From Bacilli bacterium (GTDB taxonomy: Bacteria; Bacillota_I; Bacilli_A; RFN20; CAG-826), in assembly GCA_017447165.1 (NCBI GenBank), contig JAFSOD010000004.1, positions 179,267 through 243,266 of the forward strand: a stretch of DNA of 64,000 bases. The letters are read 5' to 3'. A program made the translations under genes and the position numbers. Position 1 is the first letter of the stretch, and every line of letters starts with the position of its first letter. Below, one piece after another: positions 47,855 through 56,119 of the stretch. The notes below the pieces were generated by a model. The model was given only the letters and a program-made list of their open reading frames with translations, had not been told where the DNA came from and searched no databases.

Positions 47855-49129
47855 TTATCTAGAAAAATTCGTGGCATCAGTGTTTTGGGAGCTGTAATTA
47901 TAGAGTGTTACAGAGAAAACACCATTTGCATAGTTCCCAGTTATCTTTGTTGTATTTGCGACTGGAGTAGATGATGAAATCCTTAAATTACTATAGTCAC
48001 TGTTGGTTGTTGTACCCGTACCACTAGTTGTCTGCTTCGTTCCAAAATTTACAAACGTTAAGGTTATAACATTGCTTTCATTTATTGTAAATTTTAAATT
48101 CATTGAAGCTGTAATAGCACCATTAGGGAATGTCCCGTTAGTAGTTTTTCTAGTATAGGTAGCGGTTCCGTCCTGGTTAAATGTAAAAGAATATAAATAG
48201 TGATAAACACCACCAGTACCAATTTCTACTCTATAAGAGTAAATTGTATATTGGAACGTGTCTTCTCCCTCTTCAGATACATTAATTACATATTCATCTG
48301 ATCTAGTTATCCCGCCTTCAGTGTATGAAACAGTAATTGTTTTTTCTCCAGCTGAAGACATATCAGGTTTAGTGACTGATGTTGGGGAAACAGTCGCAAC
48401 ACTTTCATCACTATAAGTTGCAGTAACTGTTCCATCAAAATCAAATTCATCTCCAACTGTGTATTCTGTTGTTGCACCAGTTACTGAAATAGAATTTAAT
48501 GTTTTCACCACAACAGGCGATGGACTATTTGAACAAGAGTAATTAATAGTCAATGTGTTAATATATGCAGGCCACATTCCAGAATATGTGATTTTAACGT
48601 ATTTAGCGCCATCAACAGATGTGTTTGTTCCACCTGCACTAGCAATTGTGCCTGCTGATGTCCATGAACTGCCATCAGATGAAGTATATACGTCTAGATT
48701 CCTAGATGTTTTATCTGATGTCATTGAAATGCTTGAAATGTGTTGAAATTCAAATAAAGATTCATTGGTTGCGGAGGCGTTTCCTGTAGTAAACGTTATC
48801 TCAGGATCTTTAGATGGAGAGTCAGTAGTTCCTGGCATAATAGCAACATAAGAAGATTCAAGACTAATAGTTGTACCATTAACATTTCTTAAATAAAAAG
48901 TAGTCCCACCTGATGTAACGGTGCTTGTGTAATTATAATCTGATAAGCGTGTAACAAGAGTGCCTGTCTCACGGCTTATTGTAGCAGAATAATTTCTTGG
49001 ATCATTAGAATTAAGCCTATGGATAATAGATGAAATTGATATGCCGCCAGTTGCGTTAAATCCAGCTACTGCTACGGCAACAATAGATAATAATCCACCT
49101 ATACCAAATAAATACCCCTTGTGTTTCAT
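47855..49129 (-). CDS. secreted/anchored protein with Ig-like domain
   Basis: N-terminal TM/signal segment, T/S-rich sequence, and an Ig-like segment ATYSDESVATVSPTSVTKPDMSSAGEKTITVSYTEGGITRSDEYVINV. Confidence 0.5.
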   Translation of the reverse strand: MKHKGYLFGIGGLLSIVAVAVAGFNATGGISISSIIHRLNSNDPRNYSATISRETGTLVTRLSDYNYTSTVTSGGTTFYLRNVNGTTISLESSYVAIMPGTTDSPSKDPEITFTTGNASATNESLFEFQHISSISMTSDKTSRNLDVYTSSDGSSWTSAGTIASAGGTNTSVDGAKYVKITYSGMWPAYINTLTINYSCSNSPSPVVVKTLNSISVTGATTEYTVGDEFDFDGTVTATYSDESVATVSPTSVTKPDMSSAGEKTITVSYTEGGITRSDEYVINVSEEGEDTFQYTIYSYRVEIGTGGVYHYLYSFTFNQDGTATYTRKTTNGTFPNGAITASMNLKFTINESNVITLTFVNFGTKQTTSGTGTTTNSDYSNLRISSSTPVANTTKITGNYANGVFSVTLYNYSSQNTDATNFSR

Positions 49130-49145
49130 AAAAGTATCCCCCTAA

Positions 49146-49748
49146 TTATGCACTCAAGGAGCAATCATAAAATAATTCCACTGATGTAACGTATTTATGG
49201 AACCCGTTGTTACTAACAATTCTAAAGTAAGTAACAGGGGATGCAAACTCCACTTTAGATGGGCTTGAACTTACAGCTACAGCGTAATAATTAGAATCGC
49301 TATAGTTAATTCCATCATTTGAATATAAAACATACATTGTAGAAGATGCTGAAGTTTTAATCTTGATTCCTGTAACACCTTGGAAGCAAGCTAAAGATTC
49401 TCCTTCTTTATCATTAGAGAAATAAATATATTCAATAGCAATAGAAAATGTTCCATCGTTAATGTCAGAAACATAGTTAGTTCCTGAAATACTTGTGTCG
49501 TTTTCAGAAATTAAATAGTAAGTGTTTCCACGACTTGTAGTTCCGGATACACATGTTTTCTTGCCATCACCACTGATGTCATAGAATTCGCCAGTTGCTC
49601 TAGAAAATATAATTGAGTCACTAATTTCGTTTGATGCAACGCCTTTAAATAGAGTTTTGCTATTTGAAAGAGTGAAGACCATTCCCATGGCACCTAAAGC
49701 CATAGCAGATGTTGTAGTAATAATTAATGTTTTCTTTTTTGCGTTCAT
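49146..49748 (-). CDS. secreted protein (unknown function)
   Basis: Start reassigned to MNAKKK (ATG 49748, SD AGGAGG), giving a signal peptide ...AMALGAMGMVFTLS. Confidence 0.5.
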   Translation of the reverse strand: MNAKKKTLIITTTSAMALGAMGMVFTLSNSKTLFKGVASNEISDSIIFSRATGEFYDISGDGKKTCVSGTTSRGNTYYLISENDTSISGTNYVSDINDGTFSIAIEYIYFSNDKEGESLACFQGVTGIKIKTSASSTMYVLYSNDGINYSDSNYYAVAVSSSPSKVEFASPVTYFRIVSNNGFHKYVTSVELFYDCSLSA

Positions 49749-49906
49749 AGTTTCCAACCTCCTATTATACGCGCGTATACACGAAGTCCGGGTAAATCCC
49801 GGAATTTGTATATTTGAGCAAGAGTGTAGCATTTATAAGAAAAAAAAGTCAACAAAAATAACCTATTTATACATATAAAATATTAGATTAAATATATATT
49901 TAAAAA

Positions 49907-50593
49907 TTAACTAAAAAATGGACAAAGAATATTAAATATTCCAATAAATTGAATAACCGCTGCGACTAAAATAAAGATGTGGAAATAGACATGAAACCAT
50001 TTGTTTTTCTTGCCTATTGCATATGAGATTGCTCCCACCGTATAGACAAGTCCACCACAAAAGATGAAGATAAAAACAGTAAAGTCTAAAACTTGCTTAA
50101 AAGGGTAGAAAAATATCACTGCCCAACCTTGAATGATATAGATGATATAGCCAATTAAGTCACATTTCTTGTTTCCTAAACCAAAAATAGTGATAAAGAA
50201 ACCAGCTATAGCAAGTGACCACTGAATCACAATTAAAGCGATTGAGATTGATTGATCAGAAATCGCTCTTAAACATATTGGAGTGTAGGTTCCAGCAACA
50301 AATAAATAGATACCACAATGGTCAAAAACTCGACAGATCACCCGTATTTTGCTATTTTGAGGGCATGAATGATATAAAGTTGAATTCATAAAAACCATAA
50401 ACATAAATAAAAAGTAAATATAAAAAGGATACATATATCTAAAACTGAGATTATGTTTAACTTGGATGGTGATTAGTATCCCTAAAACCGCAAAGGAAAA
50501 CACTACCCCTAGTAAGTGTGTAATTGAGTTCCATAGTTCTTGTTTATTTGTATATTGAGGTAGTGCTCTATTCATAAGACCACTACTATACAC
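49907..50593 (-). CDS. hlyIII: hemolysin III family (PAQR) membrane protein
   Basis: Seven TM helices and conserved His motifs (NSITHLLG, LYHSCPQN, HVYFHIF). Confidence 0.7.
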   Translation of the reverse strand: MYSSGLMNRALPQYTNKQELWNSITHLLGVVFSFAVLGILITIQVKHNLSFRYMYPFYIYFLFMFMVFMNSTLYHSCPQNSKIRVICRVFDHCGIYLFVAGTYTPICLRAISDQSISIALIVIQWSLAIAGFFITIFGLGNKKCDLIGYIIYIIQGWAVIFFYPFKQVLDFTVFIFIFCGGLVYTVGAISYAIGKKNKWFHVYFHIFILVAAVIQFIGIFNILCPFFS

Positions 50594-50654
50594 CTTTATT
50601 TTGTAAAATCAAAAAAAATATGTGGCTAGTTCATTACTTTTCCACATATTATTT

Positions 50655-51095
50655 TTATTCAATCACAGCAGGATGCTGTTTAGACATTAGTTCATTTGCT
50701 TGTTTCACTGAAAATACATGCATTCCACAATTCTTAAACCCTTTTTTATCATTTGTTACAATTGCATCAGCGAGTATTTCCTTTGCTGCAGTTATTTGAA
50801 GTTCATCCTCATAATCATTATTCTCGGAGTAAAGAGCTTCAATTGCTGCGTCTGCGCTTGTATCACAGATTTTACTTACAATATCATAAGTTTTAATTTG
50901 AATATCTCTAGAAAGATTACTGTCATGTAGCTTTTGTTGGGCAACATATCCGATATCTCTCATCGACATCGATGTAACATATATTTCGTTTCTTAATCGA
51001 TAACAATATTGGAAGAATAATCTAGCATCAATTCTACTTTCATCATTCCTAACAAAAAAATCTAAAAACACATTTGTATCAACTAAAAACCGCAT
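50655..51095 (-). CDS. PIN-domain toxin (VapC-like)
   Basis: MRFLVDTNVFLDFF and the conserved acidic residues of a PIN domain. Overlaps the upstream antitoxin gene. Confidence 0.7.
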   Translation of the reverse strand: MRFLVDTNVFLDFFVRNDESRIDARLFFQYCYRLRNEIYVTSMSMRDIGYVAQQKLHDSNLSRDIQIKTYDIVSKICDTSADAAIEALYSENNDYEDELQITAAKEILADAIVTNDKKGFKNCGMHVFSVKQANELMSKQHPAVIE

Positions 51096-51319
51096 TTTTT
51101 CTTAATTTCCCTTCCAATAATTTCATCATATTCTTCATCGCTGTAATTATCAGAAAGACATCCTTCTAATTCCATAAATTTAGCAAAGCTTTTATCTCTT
51201 GTATTGGTAATAATGGCAATACTCTTTCCATTTTTTGTTACACAAATATCCTCTTTACTAGATAATTCAAGATAATAACTTAAATTATTTTTTAATTCAG
51301 TTGAAGTTATTCTGCGCAT
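51083..51319 (-). CDS. Phd/YefM-like antitoxin
   Basis: 78 aa. MRRITSTELKNNLSYYLELSSKEDICVTKNGKSIAIIT is Phd-like. It is coupled to the PIN gene. Confidence 0.6.
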   Translation of the reverse strand: MRRITSTELKNNLSYYLELSSKEDICVTKNGKSIAIITNTRDKSFAKFMELEGCLSDNYSDEEYDEIIGREIKKKCGF

Positions 51320-51410
51320 TATTAATTACCTCAAATATATTGTACAATATCAAAATAAAAATATGTACATTTTTTCAATAATATTTTGTACATATTCTTA
51401 ACTATTTAAA

Positions 51411-51737
51411 TCATTCGAATTTTAATCCGGCGACATGACTGACAGGAAGGGCAAACACAATGCCTTGTCCTTTTGTTTCAATTCCTGCAACTTTATTAAC
51501 CGCCGACATAACTGCGTCTCTAATTGATTCATTAACTAGGATATAAAGCATTTCTTTAGAAGGAGTTATAACAACACCATATTTCTTTTCCATTTCTTTA
51601 TTAGCGGTGCCTCTAGCGTGAAGAATGGTACCACCTCTAGCTCCTACTTCTCTAGCAGCGTCCATGATGATATCACTATATCCTTCGTTAACAATGACCA
51701 CGATAACTTCGTGTTTATTAGTTTTCTTTTCTGCCAT
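51411..51737 (-). CDS. P-II (GlnB)-like signalling protein
   Basis: 108 aa ferredoxin-like fold with a T-loop-like segment RGTANKEMEKKYG, directly downstream of the DUF1538 membrane protein. Confidence 0.55.
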   Translation of the reverse strand: MAEKKTNKHEVIVVIVNEGYSDIIMDAAREVGARGGTILHARGTANKEMEKKYGVVITPSKEMLYILVNESIRDAVMSAVNKVAGIETKGQGIVFALPVSHVAGLKFE

Positions 51738-51738
51738 A

Positions 51739-52131
51739 TTATCCCCTCACAGTCTGAGTGAAAAATTTATATAATTTCACTCCCATAAATGAATCTAAAT
51801 CAATTGCAAAGCCAACCCCAGCATTTCTTTTGCTGGCAACAAAATAAGCTTCTAATTCTTTTTGTAAATCTGAAATATAATCTTCTCTAATCAAGGTATA
51901 TATCACTTCTTTACGATTGTCATCGATATTTAAAATATCTCTAATTTTATTAGTCGCTGTCCCTTCTCCAGCTTGAATAAATTGAGCGGTTGAATGATTA
52001 GCTTTTAAAATCCTGACTATGTTATCACCTTGACCAAAATTCACAATCACCACATAAAAGACGAGTTTCTTTAACTCATTTCTTTCTTCAAATGGAGTGT
52101 ACTTTGTTTCTACTTTCTTTACTTTTTTCAT
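51739..52131 (-). CDS. second P-II-like protein
   Basis: 130 aa. Same operon as the upstream P-II-like gene, separated by a 2-bp gap. Confidence 0.45.
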   Translation of the reverse strand: MKKVKKVETKYTPFEERNELKKLVFYVVIVNFGQGDNIVRILKANHSTAQFIQAGEGTATNKIRDILNIDDNRKEVIYTLIREDYISDLQKELEAYFVASKRNAGVGFAIDLDSFMGVKLYKFFTQTVRG

Positions 52132-52139
52132 AGCTATAT

Positions 52140-53732
52140 TTAATTAAAATGAATAATTTCATTATTCCTTGAATCTGTTAATTGTTCACGCATAACTTTA
52201 AGAGCGTACATTGTCTTAAACTTACTCATTAAACCTAATAATTGTATCGCGATAATTGGTGTTAAGGCAATTAAGGCCACAACACCAAAAGAAGTCTCAT
52301 AGAAACTAATATCAGACGTATATCCAGATCTCACGGAATATATACCGATAATTAAAGGTAAAACAAAGGATACCGCCATCGGACCAGAAGCTGTTCCACC
52401 AGAGTCAAATGCAATCGCGGAATATAAATCTGGGACAGCAAACATTAATAATAAAGATATTAAATATCCTGGAACCACTATATACATAATAGAGAACGAA
52501 TATAATGTTCTAATAACAGATAAGAAAATAGCTAAACCAACACCGATAGAAAGCGTTAATAAAACTGTTCTTTTCTTTAATTGACCATCACTTATATTCT
52601 CAATTTGTGTTGTTAATACATGAACTGCAGGTTCACACAAGATAGTGACCATACCAATAATAAAGGCAATAATAATGATCACATAATTTTCTTGTCCTGC
52701 TAATTGTTTCCCTACTAGTAATCCAATAGGAGACATAGCAGCGCTAACAGCCGTCAAGAATAAAGATAAACCAATAAAAGCAAAGCCAAAACCAATAAAT
52801 AATTGACCAATTTTCTTTGCCGGCAATTTAATAAATATAGCTTCATAAATAAAGAAGATTATTAAAATAGGCGCTAAAGCCATAAGCACTTCTATTAATG
52901 CTCCTAAATGTGAAGCGCCACTAGGAATTAATGCATGTAAGAAATTACCAAAAATATCTAATTCACTTGCTGGAACAGTTGCACTAACTGTATATGGTTC
53001 AAAAGCTGCTGGTTTAACTAAAATTAAGATAACCATAGTAAGAATTGGACCAATTGAAGCAAGTCCAACTAAACCAAAGGAACTATCACGAGATTTTCCA
53101 CCACCTCTAACCATAGCAACTCCAGCTCCTAAAGCTAGAATAAATGGAACAGTTGCACTACCGGTTGTCACTCCACCTGCATCAAAAATGAAAGGAAGAT
53201 AAACAGCGTTCCTTGGATCTATTTGTAACAAGCAAATAAATAAGAAGACAATCAAATAAAATAATACGTACCAAAGTTTTAAAGATTTATTAAAAACTAT
53301 TCTTAATAAACCAAAAACAACAAAGATACCAACTCCAATTGCGATAGAGCCAATAAGTAGCCAATTAGGAATACCTACTTGACCAGCAACAATTAAAATA
53401 CTAGGTTCAGCGCAAGTAATTAAAGCTCCTAATAAAAAAGCAAAGATAATCACTATCCAAAGATTTTTTTGTTTTGATAATGAAGTACCCATATATTCGC
53501 CAACTTTAATTAAACTTTTAGATGCTCCAATTGAAAATAGAGTTAAACCAAAAATCATCACAAAAGCGCCAACTAAAAGAAGTATATAATATTGCCATCC
53601 TAATCCAGACTTGGTAAATGTATCGCCTATAGGAGCTAAATTAGACAAAGATAAAATAATAACGATAATAACAATAGGTAATATCGATAGAGACGATGTT
53701 AATAAGGAATTTAAAAATCTATTTTTGCTCAT
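52140..53732 (-). CDS. DUF1538-family polytopic membrane protein
   Basis: 530 aa with about 12 TM helices in a two-fold repeat. The pairing with P-II-like genes is a known arrangement. Confidence 0.55.
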   Translation of the reverse strand: MSKNRFLNSLLTSSLSILPIVIIVIILSLSNLAPIGDTFTKSGLGWQYYILLLVGAFVMIFGLTLFSIGASKSLIKVGEYMGTSLSKQKNLWIVIIFAFLLGALITCAEPSILIVAGQVGIPNWLLIGSIAIGVGIFVVFGLLRIVFNKSLKLWYVLFYLIVFLFICLLQIDPRNAVYLPFIFDAGGVTTGSATVPFILALGAGVAMVRGGGKSRDSSFGLVGLASIGPILTMVILILVKPAAFEPYTVSATVPASELDIFGNFLHALIPSGASHLGALIEVLMALAPILIIFFIYEAIFIKLPAKKIGQLFIGFGFAFIGLSLFLTAVSAAMSPIGLLVGKQLAGQENYVIIIIAFIIGMVTILCEPAVHVLTTQIENISDGQLKKRTVLLTLSIGVGLAIFLSVIRTLYSFSIMYIVVPGYLISLLLMFAVPDLYSAIAFDSGGTASGPMAVSFVLPLIIGIYSVRSGYTSDISFYETSFGVVALIALTPIIAIQLLGLMSKFKTMYALKVMREQLTDSRNNEIIHFN

Positions 53733-53747
53733 GGTCGATAAATTATA

Positions 53748-54674
53748 CTATTTTATTTTTAGATTGGGGAACAAAGTTTGGAATTCTTTCGGAATAGGAG
53801 CTTTAAACTTCATCTCTTTGCCAGTAAAAGGATGCTTTAAAATTAGCTCATAAGCATGTAATCCAAGACGTTTAATTGGATTAGTAGGATTACCATACTT
53901 ATCGTCACCAATGACATTATGACTAATGTCTCCTAAATGGACTCTGATTTGGTTTTTTCTTCCTGAATCGATGTGAACATCTAGAAAAGAATAATTCTCA
54001 GTTTCCGCTAAAACTTTATAGTGGGTAACCGCGTATTGTCCATCTCCAGCTTTTTTGGAAGAATACATCATGTTTTGTGCATTTTTCTTTAAATATGAAG
54101 TCAAAGTGCCACTTTTTTTGTCTAATTTGCCATCCACTATCGCATAATAGCCTCTGGAAGAAACTAGATCGTTCCACTTATCTTGAAGGGCATCTCTAAG
54201 CTTTTCATTTTTCGCCACCATCAAAACTCCTGAGGTATCTTCATCTAATCTATGAACGACGTAAATTCGATTATGTTTATCCTTTTGTTGAACATAGTCA
54301 GTTAACATACGATAAGCAGTTGAACCCTTCTCTTTATCACTAGCGATACTGAGTAATCCACTAGGTTTATTAATGACGATAATTTCATCGTTTTCAAAAA
54401 TGATTGGTAAGTTACTTCTTGTCTTTTTATGAATAGGGGTTTTTGAGATAATAACCACATCTCCCTTGGTGAGTTTAAAGTTATATTGAGAAATAGGTGC
54501 CCCGTCCACTGACACTCGATGATTAGTTAAAATAGACTTTACAGAATTACGAGATTGTCCTTTTAAAGTTTCCAAAAGAAATTCTAAAAGTTCACAGTTT
54601 TTTGTTACTGGGTATTCCCTTATATCTTTATAGTCCTTTGATCTATGTTCAAATCTCTTTTTATTTTTATTCAT
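53748..54674 (-). CDS. RluA-family pseudouridine synthase (RluD-like, S4 domain)
   Basis: S4-like N-terminus and catalytic motif HRLDEDTSGVLM. Confidence 0.85.
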   Translation of the reverse strand: MNKNKKRFEHRSKDYKDIREYPVTKNCELLEFLLETLKGQSRNSVKSILTNHRVSVDGAPISQYNFKLTKGDVVIISKTPIHKKTRSNLPIIFENDEIIVINKPSGLLSIASDKEKGSTAYRMLTDYVQQKDKHNRIYVVHRLDEDTSGVLMVAKNEKLRDALQDKWNDLVSSRGYYAIVDGKLDKKSGTLTSYLKKNAQNMMYSSKKAGDGQYAVTHYKVLAETENYSFLDVHIDSGRKNQIRVHLGDISHNVIGDDKYGNPTNPIKRLGLHAYELILKHPFTGKEMKFKAPIPKEFQTLFPNLKIK

Positions 54675-55542
54675 AAATCTTTCTTTTAATCATTAAAGCG
54701 TATTCTTTAGCGACATTAATACCAGTCACTTTTTCAAATTCTTCAAAGAAGGCATTAGAGTTAATCTCACATAAGATTGGCTCTCCACTTTCTAGGAACA
54801 TGAAATCTATTCCAGCGTATTCAATATCTAGCTCTTTAGCGATATACTCCGCGAGTTTAAAACATTGATCTCCTTCTTTAAGAGGTCTAGAAGAGGCGTT
54901 ATCTCCAAAGTTACTTCTAAAATCAGTTTTGTTATATCGGATAAAGCCGCCTACTACTTGTTTATCTATGATAATGACTCTCGCGGACACTCCATAGGAG
55001 CTACCAACATATTTTTGAAATAAGATTGGGGCCCTACAATGTTCTTTATAAGCTTCGATTAGTTCTTCTTTAGTTTTAATGAGATACACTCCTAAGCCTA
55101 ATGAACCATACACTCTTTTAAGAATTAAAGGTAATCCAAGTTTATCGATTACGTCATCTAAAAACTCTAGATTCTCCTCTTTTAATTCAGGAGAATAAAA
55201 TAATGGTCCAGTAATCGTGTCTGGCATTTTAATGCCTTTAGAGGCACAAGCAATATTAGTTAAAGCCTTATCATCACATAGTTTGATAAAGTCCGCTTTA
55301 TTAAATAAACGGTATCCCACTTTTTCTAATATTCTAGCAAGATAAATATCTTTATCTAAGTAGATAACAAAATCACATTTAGGAAGATTTACCACTAATT
55401 CATTATCCTTAATCATCGCTAAAGTGCCATCATTAACAAAAACATCTAAGGAGATATCTAACTTAGAAAATTCTTCCTTGTATCTTTTGATTTTATAGGC
55501 GTTATGGCCTAGTTCTTGATTAATAATAATGATTCCGTTCAT
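54667..55542 (-). CDS. RimK-like ATP-grasp ligase
   Basis: 291 aa ATP-grasp fold. Its stop overlaps the start of the pseudouridine synthase gene. Confidence 0.6.
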   Translation of the reverse strand: MNGIIIINQELGHNAYKIKRYKEEFSKLDISLDVFVNDGTLAMIKDNELVVNLPKCDFVIYLDKDIYLARILEKVGYRLFNKADFIKLCDDKALTNIACASKGIKMPDTITGPLFYSPELKEENLEFLDDVIDKLGLPLILKRVYGSLGLGVYLIKTKEELIEAYKEHCRAPILFQKYVGSSYGVSARVIIIDKQVVGGFIRYNKTDFRSNFGDNASSRPLKEGDQCFKLAEYIAKELDIEYAGIDFMFLESGEPILCEINSNAFFEEFEKVTGINVAKEYALMIKRKIYE

Positions 55543-55779
55543 ACCAAATTAATTATATTGGAGTTGTATTATATAATACAATCTCAAATTTGGCCATTCT
55601 ATTTATTAGAGTCACCAAAAAGGTCTTAAACCATAAGGCATAGTACCGAACCCTTATTTAAAATGTAAATCAAGTATTACGGTAAATATATAGGAAACAC
55701 CCCTATCAAAATCAAATCTTAAAAATACTGGTAAATATATATTTATAATAAAGGGTGTTTGGTATAGAATTAATACATC

Positions 55780-55825
55780 GAAACGTTTGTTTGTTTTATA
55801 AAGTCGATGTTTTCATCGATTTTGT
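55780..55825 (+). promoter_or_regulatory. leader hairpin/attenuator upstream of the small ORF and EF-G-like operon
   Basis: TCGATGttttCATCGA perfect stem followed by TTTTG lies immediately 5' of SD GGAGG. A further long-range stem AAACACCC...GGGTGTTT lies upstream. Confidence 0.35.
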
Positions 55826-55840
55826 TAATGGAGGATTTTT

Positions 55841-56098
55841 ATGAGAAACACAAATGAATTTAGAACACTCGCCAAAGACGAAATCGCAAAGTTAGAGAAA
55901 GACGTCTATGGTCGTGATGTTAGTCACGAAGAGATTGAAATCGTCTTCATGTCCTATGTTATGGGATATATCAAAGGATTATTCGTCGTTGCTAGAAATA
56001 CCGAAGGTAGAATTTACGAGGTCTCCTCTAACCCAAGTAACGGAAAATTATATATTGATGTCTATAAAAAAGAAGGCAACAAAGTCGTTAGTCTTTAA
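55841..56098 (+). CDS. small protein of unknown function
   Basis: 85 aa, SD GGAGG, 21 bp upstream of the EF-G-like gene. Confidence 0.5.
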   Translation: MRNTNEFRTLAKDEIAKLEKDVYGRDVSHEEIEIVFMSYVMGYIKGLFVVARNTEGRIYEVSSNPSNGKLYIDVYKKEGNKVVSL

Positions 56099-56119
56099 TT
56101 TCTAGGAGATGATCAATTT

